NCBI GenBank assembly: GCA_965248435.1
Contig: OZ252100.1
Span: 1,568,001 to 1,632,000, forward strand
Direction: 5' to 3'
Origin: Candidatus Latescibacterota bacterium
GTDB taxonomy: Bacteria > Latescibacterota > UBA2968 > GCA-2709665
DNA: 64,000 nucleotides
Below, piece after piece: positions 39,682-48,286 of this stretch (its first letter is position 1; every line of letters starts with the position of its first letter). The notes below the pieces were generated by a model. It saw only the letters and a list, made by a program, of their open reading frames with translations, was not told the DNA's origin and ran no database searches. Position numbers and translations under genes: made by a program.

Positions 39682-39855
39682 TCCCGCGGTTTCGATTGCC
39701 TGTTACGTCCCCCGTGAAAATTCATTATCTTGTTTACCATAGCGTCTTCACCGGATGTATCGTGTAGGGGCAGGCCTCCGTGCCTGCCCGACTTTTGGCC
39801 ACCGGTGGCCTGATTTCATCACCACGATCCACGACTCACGAATACCGGAGGCATC

Positions 39856-40695
39856 ATGCCATCGCCTGTAATCGATAACCGAGATTGGTCAAAGCTGACC
39901 CTCGGCCAGCGCATCCAGCAGCTCGAGGTCGAAGGCTACTTCGTCCTGCCCAACCTGCTCACGCCGGACCAGATCGCACGCATCAAGGCCCAAACGGCCC
40001 AGCTCCCCACCACCGGCGCCGATTACAGTGTCCACAAACAGGTCTGTTCACACGTCGAATTCACCGGCGGGGCGATCACCGAGCTCGCGGCCCATCCCCC
40101 GACCCTCGCATTCCTGAAGGAGCTCTTCGGAGACGAGATCCTCATCATCTCTTACGACTACCAGCGCTCCGAACCGGGCCACCCCGGTATCAGCCTGCAC
40201 ACCGACGGCCAGCCCTGGGGCTCCAATATTTTCGGCTATGAGGGGACCTGTCCCAAGATCGTCCGCGTGCTCTACTACCTGGACGACCTCACGCAGGACG
40301 TCTCCCCCTTCCGTGTTGTCCCCCGGTCTCACCTCTCGTTCCACGTCGACCGGAATCCCTACACGCGGTATGAATCCCATCCCGAAGAGGTCATGGTCCC
40401 GGCGAAGGCCGGTTCGGCCGTCTTCCTGAACCACTTCACGTTTCACGGCAACTTTCCCAACACCGGCGATCGGTCTCGCGAGCTGCTGGCCATCGCCTAT
40501 CGCCCGGGCTGGGCAGGACCGGTGCAGGAGGTGCCGCGCTGGGACGAATCTGAAGTCGCGAAGCTCCCGGATCACATCCGCCCGCTCTATGGAGACACAA
40601 ACACCCGTCACTGGGACCACGAAGGTGGCAACAAACCGGCCGACATGAAAAACGAAGCACCGGGCATGAATCCGAGCCGTTGGGAGAGAGTCTGA
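39856..40695 (+). CDS. Phytanoyl-CoA dioxygenase (PhyH) family Fe(II)/2OG enzyme, paralog 1
   Basis: EGYFVLPNLL, LHTD, VVPRSH, FHG, SD GGAGG. Confidence 0.88.
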   Translation: MPSPVIDNRDWSKLTLGQRIQQLEVEGYFVLPNLLTPDQIARIKAQTAQLPTTGADYSVHKQVCSHVEFTGGAITELAAHPPTLAFLKELFGDEILIISYDYQRSEPGHPGISLHTDGQPWGSNIFGYEGTCPKIVRVLYYLDDLTQDVSPFRVVPRSHLSFHVDRNPYTRYESHPEEVMVPAKAGSAVFLNHFTFHGNFPNTGDRSRELLAIAYRPGWAGPVQEVPRWDESEVAKLPDHIRPLYGDTNTRHWDHEGGNKPADMKNEAPGMNPSRWERV

Positions 40696-40924
40696 CGGCG
40701 GACTGCAGACCGCAGACCGCGGACGGCAGTGGTAATACAAGGAGCATCGCCCCCGTGTCCCCGAGTGCCCTCTGGCTTACGTATCAACTCTACTCTCACA
40801 AGGGATCTCGCGGGAGTATCGAGGGGCGTGGGATCAGGAAATCGTTACCATTCGACTGCTTTGATGTTTCCGTGCCCTTCCGTGCTTCTTCGTTTCTTTC
40901 CTTATCCAACTTTCTGGAGTCGTT

Positions 40925-41764
40925 ATGTCCAACCCACGCATCGACGACCGCGATTGGTCGAAACTCATGCTGGGTGAGCGCATCCGCCAGATCGAAGTCG
41001 AGGGCTACGTCGTCATCCCCGACCTGCTCTCACCCGATCACCTCGCCCGCCTGAAGTCCATTACGGACAACCTGGAGACTCACCACGTGGACTACAGCGT
41101 TCATCAGCGGGGCGCGCGCGACGTCCAGTGGATCGGCGGGGAACTCACCGAGCTGATCGCCCACCCGCCCACCATCGCCTTCCTCCGCGAGCTGTTCGGC
41201 GACGAGATCATCTTCTCGCACTACAACTACGCCCGTTCCGAGCCCGGTCACCCCGGCATCAGCCTCCACACTGACGGACAGCCGTTCGGCTCCACGATCT
41301 TCGGCTATCTCGGAAGCGTGCCCGCCATGGTCCGCGTCCTCTACTACCTGGACGACCTCACGCCCGAGATCTCCCCGTTCCGCGTCATCCCCCGTTCTCA
41401 CCTCTCCTTCCACGCCGACGGCAATCCCTACCAGCGGTTCGAGGGCCATCCCGAGGAGCTGATGGTCCCTGCAAAGGCCGGCTCCGCCTGCCTGATCAAT
41501 CACCGTGTCTTCCACGGCAACTTCCCGAACGTCGGCGACCAGCCCCGTTCCATGCTCGCCATCGCCTACCGCCCGGGCTGGGCCGGACCACTCGAAGAGG
41601 TCGATTCGTGGGATCCTGAAAAGGTGGCGTCGCTTCCGAACGCCGTGAAACCCTTCTTCAAGGACCGCAACTCCCGCGAGTGGGTCTTCGACGGCGCCAA
41701 CAAACCGGCCGGAATGAAGCGCGAAGCGCCGGGCATGAATCCCAGCCGATGGGAGCGGAAATAA
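40925..41764 (+). CDS. PhyH family Fe(II)/2OG enzyme, paralog 2
   Basis: Same length (279 aa) and motifs as paralog 1; shared tail APGMNPSRWER. Confidence 0.88.
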   Translation: MSNPRIDDRDWSKLMLGERIRQIEVEGYVVIPDLLSPDHLARLKSITDNLETHHVDYSVHQRGARDVQWIGGELTELIAHPPTIAFLRELFGDEIIFSHYNYARSEPGHPGISLHTDGQPFGSTIFGYLGSVPAMVRVLYYLDDLTPEISPFRVIPRSHLSFHADGNPYQRFEGHPEELMVPAKAGSACLINHRVFHGNFPNVGDQPRSMLAIAYRPGWAGPLEEVDSWDPEKVASLPNAVKPFFKDRNSREWVFDGANKPAGMKREAPGMNPSRWERK

Positions 41765-41900
41765 GAACCGACCGCGGACCACAGACCGCGGACCGCAGCA
41801 GCATACAGAATCATAGTCAATCACCGCTTGCCGCAGTCTGTCGACTGCAGACTGAAACCGCCTGGGTTTCCCGCCGTCTGCGGTCTGCCGTCTGCGGTCC
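41765..41900. repeat. Inverted GACCGCG/GACCACA heptamer arrays
   Basis: gaccgcggaccacagaccgcggaccgc ... gccgtctgcggtctgccgtctgcggtcc; relatives at ~32805, ~32930, ~40695. Confidence 0.75.
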
Positions 41901-41918
41901 ACATCAAAGGAGCAACAC

Positions 41919-42647
41919 ATGTCCGCAGGACTCTCCAAAGAAGATCTCGAGCTTCTTCGTAAATACGATACGCCTACAGTCTGTAACGCGATCGAGTGTT
42001 TCAAGGTCCGCCCGCAGAACACCGGTTACATGGGCAGCCGCATCAAGTGCAACTTCCCCGAGATGCCGCCCATGGTCGGCTACGCAAGCACGGCCACCTA
42101 CCGGTCCGACCTGCCGTCCCGGGAAGGCGACGTATACGAGACCATAGACAATCAGGTCGACACCTTCAAGGACCTGCCCGGTCCGACCGTGGTCGTCTAT
42201 CAGGACCTGGACGATCCGCCCGTGGCGGCCACCTTCGGTGACGTGATGTGCAGCTGCTTCCAGGCCTTCGGGGCCGTCGGCCTCGTCACGAGCGGCGGTG
42301 CCCGTGACCTGGAGCAGGTCCGGGAGCTCGGGTTCCAGACCTTCAGCAGCGGCGCGATCTGCGCCCACGCCTATTCCCACACCCTGGAGATCAACGGCCC
42401 CGTTCGCGTCGGCGGGATCACCGTCTTCGCGGGCGACCTGATCCACGGCGATGCCAACGGCGTCACCACTATCCCAAACGACATAGCTTCAGAGATGGCG
42501 CACGTCCTGGAGGACTACGCCGCTGCCGAAGCGGTCGTGCTCAACTACGCGAAGAGCGGCTCCGTGACCCCCAAAGGCCTCGGCGAAGCCCGCGCGGAAT
42601 GCAAACGAATGATCGACGCGATCGCAGAGCGGGTCGCGAAGAAGTAG
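41919..42647 (+). CDS. RraA/HMG-CHA aldolase family protein
   Basis: DTPTVCNA, FGDVM, TSGGARD, GDLIHGDANGV. Confidence 0.88.
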   Translation: MSAGLSKEDLELLRKYDTPTVCNAIECFKVRPQNTGYMGSRIKCNFPEMPPMVGYASTATYRSDLPSREGDVYETIDNQVDTFKDLPGPTVVVYQDLDDPPVAATFGDVMCSCFQAFGAVGLVTSGGARDLEQVRELGFQTFSSGAICAHAYSHTLEINGPVRVGGITVFAGDLIHGDANGVTTIPNDIASEMAHVLEDYAAAEAVVLNYAKSGSVTPKGLGEARAECKRMIDAIAERVAKK

Positions 42648-43895
42648 ATGCTTTTCAACAAGCCACGAGCCCTTGACTACATGGACCGCTACGGTCTCGA
42701 CGCGCTCGTCGCCACCTCGCCGGTCAACATCACCTACTTCACGGGCTACTACCTCTGGCTCGATCCTGTATTCAAGGAGTTCATGGTCTCCCCCGGAGCA
42801 TCCAGCAACCTGTTCCAGGCCTACGCGGTATTCACGGCCCGGGGCGAAACGGGACTGGTCGTCAACCCGGTCACCGCCGTGAACGCCGCCGACCTCGGGG
42901 TGAGGGACCTCTACACCTACGGGGACGCCGGCCTCGATCAGTCCCTGCCGCGCGGGACGATACCCGGCGCCTATCGGCGATTCGAGGAGCTGCTTCAAAC
43001 CTCTGGAAAGCACGAGACCCCGACAGACGCCCTTCTCGCCCTGCTGGAGGATTACGGCCTCTCGAACGCCCGGATCAGCCTGGAGACCGAGGGGCTTCCG
43101 TTCGACATGAAAGAAACCCTGCATCAGGGTTTGCGGCGCGCTTGCATCAAGGACTGCACGAACCTCATTCGCCTGATCCGCGCGGTCAAGACCCCGGAAG
43201 AGATCGTCCGTCTCACCGGCGCTGCGGAAATCAACGAAACAGCTGGAATCGAAGCGCTCCATCTCGCGCGTCCCGGGCGCTCCATCCAGGAGGTCGTCGC
43301 CCACTTCCGAGCGAAGGTCGCCGAACTCGGCGCAGATTTCGACCACTTCCTCTTCTGCCCGGAAGGTCTCGGCCTCGCCAGTGAAATCGATTACATATTG
43401 AGAGAGAACGATCTGCTCTACGTCGACTTCGGCTGTTTCTACAACTATTACGGATCGGACACCGGTACAACGCTATCGTTGGGAGAACCATCCGGCCCCT
43501 TACTCGAAAGACATAAAGGGGTGCGTGCCTCCCTCGAGGCCGGCGTCCAGCAGCTGCGGCCAGGGACGAAATCTTCGGAGGTAAGGGCCGCGATGTGGGA
43601 TACCCTCACGCGATCGGGTGTCCAGACAGCTCATCCTCACGGCCACGGCATCGGCCTCGAAGTCAGAGATTACCCCATCATCGTGCCGGATAACGGCCTT
43701 CACATCCGGGACGACTGCATCGACGTCCCTTCAGACCTCCCGTTCGAGGTCGACATGGTCGTGAACCTGGAGGTACCCGTCTACATGCCCGGCGTCGGCA
43801 GCGTGCACACCGAGCAGTCGTTCGTAATCACCGCGGACGGCTGTCGACCTTTGACGCCGCAGGACCGGGCGCATCCCGTCCAATCGGAGCCTTAG
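42648..43895 (+). CDS. M24 Xaa-Pro peptidase/creatinase-like hydrolase
   Basis: NITYFTG, VKTPEEI, VDFG..SD, HGHGIG, NLE, TEQ (metal ligands present). Confidence 0.88.
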   Translation: MLFNKPRALDYMDRYGLDALVATSPVNITYFTGYYLWLDPVFKEFMVSPGASSNLFQAYAVFTARGETGLVVNPVTAVNAADLGVRDLYTYGDAGLDQSLPRGTIPGAYRRFEELLQTSGKHETPTDALLALLEDYGLSNARISLETEGLPFDMKETLHQGLRRACIKDCTNLIRLIRAVKTPEEIVRLTGAAEINETAGIEALHLARPGRSIQEVVAHFRAKVAELGADFDHFLFCPEGLGLASEIDYILRENDLLYVDFGCFYNYYGSDTGTTLSLGEPSGPLLERHKGVRASLEAGVQQLRPGTKSSEVRAAMWDTLTRSGVQTAHPHGHGIGLEVRDYPIIVPDNGLHIRDDCIDVPSDLPFEVDMVVNLEVPVYMPGVGSVHTEQSFVITADGCRPLTPQDRAHPVQSEP

Positions 43896-43906
43896 CAATA
43901 ATCCCA

Positions 43907-43968
43907 CCCCTCTCCTGCCTGCGGGAGAGGCATGTCCCGAGCCTGCCGAGGGAGGCCGGGGGTGAGGG
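43907..43968. repeat. CCCCTCTCC..GGGAGAGG..GGGGGTGAGGG REP with nested 23-bp micro-element (43931-43953)
   Basis: Family copies at 44782-44823 and 45646-45749. Confidence 0.8.
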
Positions 43969-43974
43969 CCACCA

Positions 43975-44757
43975 ATGGAAAACGCAAACCCATTCAGAGA
44001 GAAGATCGCAAACGGCGATATCCTGATCGGTCCAGGCATTACCTTCTCCGATCCGACGGTCACCGAGGCCCTCTGCAACACCTTCGACTTCGTCTGGATC
44101 GACATGGAACACAACCCCCTTTCGCTCGAAGCGGTCCAGGGACATATCATTGCGACCCGGAGCAGCGATACGACCGCCCTAGTTCGCGTGACCTGGAACG
44201 ACCCCGCCATCATCAAGCCGGTCCTGGACATCGGCGCGGACGGCGTCATCGTCCCCTGGATTTGCAGCGTCCAGGAGGCCGAACGCGCCGTGAAGGCCTG
44301 TCTCTACCCACCCGAGGGCATCCGCGGCTACGGCCCCCGCCGTCCCTCCCGATACGGCCGTGAAGGGGGCGCGGAATTCTGCAGAAAGGCGAACGAAACC
44401 GTCATCGTCCTGCTTCAGCTCGAACACATCGACGCGATCAACAGCCTGGACGAGATCCTGGACATTCCAGGACTGACCGGGATCACCGTCGGCCCGAACG
44501 ACCTCTCCGGTTCCATGGGTTTAATGGGTCAACCCCAGCACCCCGACGTCGTGAGCGCAATCGAGACCGCCGTCTCAAAGGCACGTCAGAAAGACGTTCT
44601 GATCGGCATGCCGACGTTTGACGCGAACGATGCGATCCGGTGGATCGAAAAGGGCGTGCAGTGGGTCCTCGTCGACGACGACTACGGCCTCCTCACCGCC
44701 TCGGCCGATCAGATCGCAAAGGAAATATCCGACTACACGCGAAACAAAAAACTTTAG
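43975..44757 (+). CDS. HpcH/HpaI class II aldolase, paralog 1
   Basis: WIDMEH, LDIGADG, YPPEGIRG, QLE, GPNDLS. Confidence 0.92.
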   Translation: MENANPFREKIANGDILIGPGITFSDPTVTEALCNTFDFVWIDMEHNPLSLEAVQGHIIATRSSDTTALVRVTWNDPAIIKPVLDIGADGVIVPWICSVQEAERAVKACLYPPEGIRGYGPRRPSRYGREGGAEFCRKANETVIVLLQLEHIDAINSLDEILDIPGLTGITVGPNDLSGSMGLMGQPQHPDVVSAIETAVSKARQKDVLIGMPTFDANDAIRWIEKGVQWVLVDDDYGLLTASADQIAKEISDYTRNKKL

Positions 44758-44838
44758 GCGGCCACACGAAGCTCTTTGCCTTCTCCCCTCTCCCACGTGT
44801 GGGAGAGGGGCCGGGGGTGAGGGCCAACAGGAGAATCC

Positions 44839-45621
44839 ATGAAAAACGCGAACGCATTCAGAGAGAAAATCAAGAACGGAATAATCTGCATAGGCTCGCG
44901 CATCACCTTCACGGATCCGACCGTGACCGAGGCGCTCTGCACTACTCTGGACTATGTCTGGATCGACATGGAGCACACCGCCTTGACCGTCGAATCCGTA
45001 CAGAGCCACATCCTAGCCACGAGAGGCAGCGACACCGCCGCCTTCGTCCGGGTCACCACGAACGATCCCAACCTCATCAAGCCGGTCCTGGACATCGGTG
45101 CCGACAGCGCCATCGTCCCCATGATCCGCAGCGCAGAGGAGGCCGAACGCGCCGTGAAGGCCTGTCTGTATCCTCCGGACGGCATCCGCGGCTTCGGCCC
45201 CCGAAGCCCTTCGGGATACGGCCAGGAAATGGGTGCGGACTTCTGCAAGAGAGCGAACGAAACCGTCATCCCCATGGTCCAGATCGAACACATCGACGCC
45301 ATCAACTGCCTGGACGAAATCCTGGACGTCCCCGGGCTCGCCGCGGTCGAGGTCGCCCCCTACGACCTCTCCGGAACCATGGGACTGATGGCACAGCCGG
45401 ACCATCCCGAGGTCGTCAGCGTCATGGAGTCCGCCATTCAGAAGTCGCGGGAAAAGGGCATCCTCGTCGGCACGACCGCATGGGACGCAGCCGGCGCGAT
45501 CAACTGGATCGAAAAGGGCGCGCAGTGGTTGATGGTGAATGACGACTTCGGCCTGATGCTCATGTCCGCGAACCGGATCGCAAAGGAAATCAGGGACTAC
45601 ACGCAGAAGAAAAACGGTTAG
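44839..45621 (+). CDS. HpcH/HpaI class II aldolase, paralog 2
   Basis: WIDMEH, YPPDGIRG, QIE, APYDLS; same length as paralog 1. Confidence 0.92.
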   Translation: MKNANAFREKIKNGIICIGSRITFTDPTVTEALCTTLDYVWIDMEHTALTVESVQSHILATRGSDTAAFVRVTTNDPNLIKPVLDIGADSAIVPMIRSAEEAERAVKACLYPPDGIRGFGPRSPSGYGQEMGADFCKRANETVIPMVQIEHIDAINCLDEILDVPGLAAVEVAPYDLSGTMGLMAQPDHPEVVSVMESAIQKSREKGILVGTTAWDAAGAINWIEKGAQWLMVNDDFGLMLMSANRIAKEIRDYTQKKNG

Positions 45622-45645
45622 GCAACGAGCAAGTCAAATGCCTTT

Positions 45646-45749
45646 CCCCTCTCCTGCGTGCGGGAGAGAGCTTGCCCCGGACTTGCCTGCCCCGGACCTT
45701 GATCCGGGGATCCGGGGGGTGCCTGAGCGAAGCGAGGGCGGGGTGAGGG
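45646..45749. repeat. REP containing a self-nested CTTGCCCCGGACTTGATCCGGGG micro-element
   Basis: cttgccccggacttg[cctgccccggaccttgatccgggg]atccgggg. Confidence 0.8.
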
Positions 45750-45808
45750 CCGCATTTCGAGATACGCCGATACGAGATACGATTTCTCGCAAAGAGGAGG
45801 GCGCTCAG

Positions 45809-47704
45809 ATGCCCGCTAAGAATCCCCACGAAACAATTCGCCTAACAATGGCCCAGGCCCTCGTGAAGTACCTGAAGGCCCAGTACAGTGAGCGCGACGG
45901 GACAAGCAGACGCCTGATCCCTGCCATCTTCGGCATCTTCGGGCACGGCAACGTCGCCGGTCTGGGCCAGGCCCTCGTCGAGTACGCGAGGGACCTACCC
46001 TATTACCAACCCTTCAACGAACAATCGATGGTCCACACCGCATCCGGATTCGCGAAGGCCAGCCTCCGGCTCGCCACGCTGGCCTGTAGCTCCTCCATCG
46101 GTCCGGGCGCCACGAACATGGTCACCGGCGCGGCCACGGCGACCGTCAACCGCCTGCCGGTCCTGCTTCTCCCCTCGGACCATTACGCCACTCGGCATCA
46201 GGAACCCGTGCTTCAGCAATTGGAGAATCCTGTGTCCGGCGACGTGAGCGTCACAGACTGCTTCCGTCCCGTCAGCCGCTTCTTCGATCGCATCTCCCGA
46301 CCCGAGCAGCTGCTCACCGCGCTGCCTGAAGCGATGCGGGTCCTCACCGATCCCGCCGATACGGGTACTGTGACCCTCGCGCTTCCGCAGGATGTGCAGG
46401 CCCACGCCTACGACTACCCCCTCCACTTCTTCGCGGACAGGATCTGGTCGATCGAGCGGCGAGTACCCGATCCCGGGCGCATCGAAGAAGCCATCCGCCT
46501 CCTCGAGGATTGCGATCGGCCGTTGATCATCGCGGGCGGCGGCGTGCTTTACTCTGAGGCCGGGAAAGAGCTCGAGACGCTGTCTGACCGATTAGGCATC
46601 CCTGTGGGTGAGACCTTCGCCGGCAAGGGCGCGATCCAAAACGGATCTCCCCTCCTGCTCGGCGGCATGGGCGTTGCGGGGACCGCCTCCGCGACCCGGG
46701 TCGCCAACAGCGCGGACCTGGTCATCTGCGTCGGAACCCGACTTTCCGACTTCATCACCGGTTCACATTCGCTCTTTCAAAACCCGCAGGTAAAATTCAT
46801 CAGCGTCAATGTCTCCGGGAATGATGCCCATAAGCAGGGCGCGCTGCCGATCGTTGCAGACGCGCGTGAGGCGCTGCGTTCACTCGTCGAGGCCAGCGCC
46901 GAAGCAGGGATCAAACCGAGCGAGAAATATGTCCACGAGATCGGAATCGTGAAGCAGGAATGGGAGGGAATTCTGAAGGAAGAGGTCTACAGACAGTTTC
47001 CAGGAGAGGCCATGGGTCAAGGCCAGGTCGTCGGGACCTTGAACGAAGCGGCCCACGCCGGGGATACGATCATCTCAGCGGCCGGAACAGCGATCGCAGA
47101 TCTGTTTAAATTGTGGGACGCGAGCAACAGTCGAGCCTGCCGGCTGGAGTTTGGAAACTCCTGTATGAGCTGGGAGCTGCCAGCCGGCCTCGGCACCCGG
47201 ATGGCCCAGCCGGAAGGTGAGGTTTTCGTCTTCATCGGCGACGGCGCCTATCTGATGAACCCGATGGAGATTCTCACATCGATCCAGGAAAGTTTGAAAC
47301 TCACTGTAGTCGTCTCCAACAACCACGGATACCAGTCTATTCGACTGCTCCAGATGAACCGGGTCGGTCACAGCTTTGGAAACGAATTCCGTGCCCGCGA
47401 CGAGGAAACGGGTCTGTTGGAGGGAGACTATCTGGAAATCGACTACGCCAAAAACGCGGAGAGCATGGGCGCCAGGGTGTGGAACGTCGCCACGCCCGAC
47501 GAGTTGGGAAGCGCACTGGAGGAAGCTCGCGAAGAGGCCCGGACCTGCGTCATCGTCGCCGAGGTGGAGAAACACCGCTACACGCCCGACTCCGGGGTCT
47601 GGTGGGATGTCGAAGCAGCGGAAGTGACGGAGGACGCCACGACCCGGAAGCTAAGGGTAGACTATGAAGAAAATCGCGCGAGGCTGCAGCGGTTCTATTA
47701 CTAG
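45809..47704 (+). CDS. iolD: ThDP-dependent 3D-(3,5/4)-trihydroxycyclohexane-1,2-dione acylhydrolase IolD
   Basis: IRLTMAQAL, GIFGHGNV, NEQSM, SIGPGATN, PVLQQLE, GDG..N, WWDV; SD GAGGAGG. Confidence 0.9.
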   Translation: MPAKNPHETIRLTMAQALVKYLKAQYSERDGTSRRLIPAIFGIFGHGNVAGLGQALVEYARDLPYYQPFNEQSMVHTASGFAKASLRLATLACSSSIGPGATNMVTGAATATVNRLPVLLLPSDHYATRHQEPVLQQLENPVSGDVSVTDCFRPVSRFFDRISRPEQLLTALPEAMRVLTDPADTGTVTLALPQDVQAHAYDYPLHFFADRIWSIERRVPDPGRIEEAIRLLEDCDRPLIIAGGGVLYSEAGKELETLSDRLGIPVGETFAGKGAIQNGSPLLLGGMGVAGTASATRVANSADLVICVGTRLSDFITGSHSLFQNPQVKFISVNVSGNDAHKQGALPIVADAREALRSLVEASAEAGIKPSEKYVHEIGIVKQEWEGILKEEVYRQFPGEAMGQGQVVGTLNEAAHAGDTIISAAGTAIADLFKLWDASNSRACRLEFGNSCMSWELPAGLGTRMAQPEGEVFVFIGDGAYLMNPMEILTSIQESLKLTVVVSNNHGYQSIRLLQMNRVGHSFGNEFRARDEETGLLEGDYLEIDYAKNAESMGARVWNVATPDELGSALEEAREEARTCVIVAEVEKHRYTPDSGVWWDVEAAEVTEDATTRKLRVDYEENRARLQRFYY

Positions 47705-47884
47705 ACCCCAATTAGGATTCACAATCAACGATCACTGACCTTAGCCCTTGCCTTGCCATCGCCGCTACCCGATTTTCTCAGCGTATTCTGGGTCTCTGCG
47801 GTCTGATTTTGCGTTTTCTATCCGCAATCCCAAATCCGCAATCCGCAATTGGATGACGATCAACGAGAATCGCGGTTCTGCTCC

Positions 47885-48208
47885 TCACCCAGGCGCCGGC
47901 GCGATCCCGACCAACAAGACGACGCGTTCTGTCCCTCTATTCGTGACCCCGTGATCCACACCTGAAGGCGCCCACACCGTCTCTCCAACCCCCGCGGTCC
48001 TGGACTCCTCTCCAACGCGAAACTCCCCTTCCCCTTCCACGACGAAGTAGAACTTATCCTGTCCTTCGTGAGTATGAACGGCCTGTTCCTGACCCGGTTC
48101 GAGGCAGTTCAGGCCGAGCAGGAGTCTCTCGCTCTTGAACAGCGTAGACTTGAAGAACTTTTCTGGATTTGAACCCGTGTGATCGCGGTAGTTTACAAAG
48201 TTCGACAT
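47885..48208 (-). CDS. Cupin domain protein
   Basis: HTHEGQDK..VVEGEG..PSGVDHGV. Confidence 0.88.
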   Translation of the reverse strand: MSNFVNYRDHTGSNPEKFFKSTLFKSERLLLGLNCLEPGQEQAVHTHEGQDKFYFVVEGEGEFRVGEESRTAGVGETVWAPSGVDHGVTNRGTERVVLLVGIAPAPG

Positions 48209-48286
48209 GGATAACCCCTTGAGTAGTGTACTTCCGGTACCCGGTACCCGTGTTTTGTATTCCCGGTACCCGCTCTAAACGCTTCT

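Noticed and set aside
45638-45808. N-terminal extension of IolD
   Set aside because: Read-through of REP and heptamer repeats; a strong SD precedes ATG 45809
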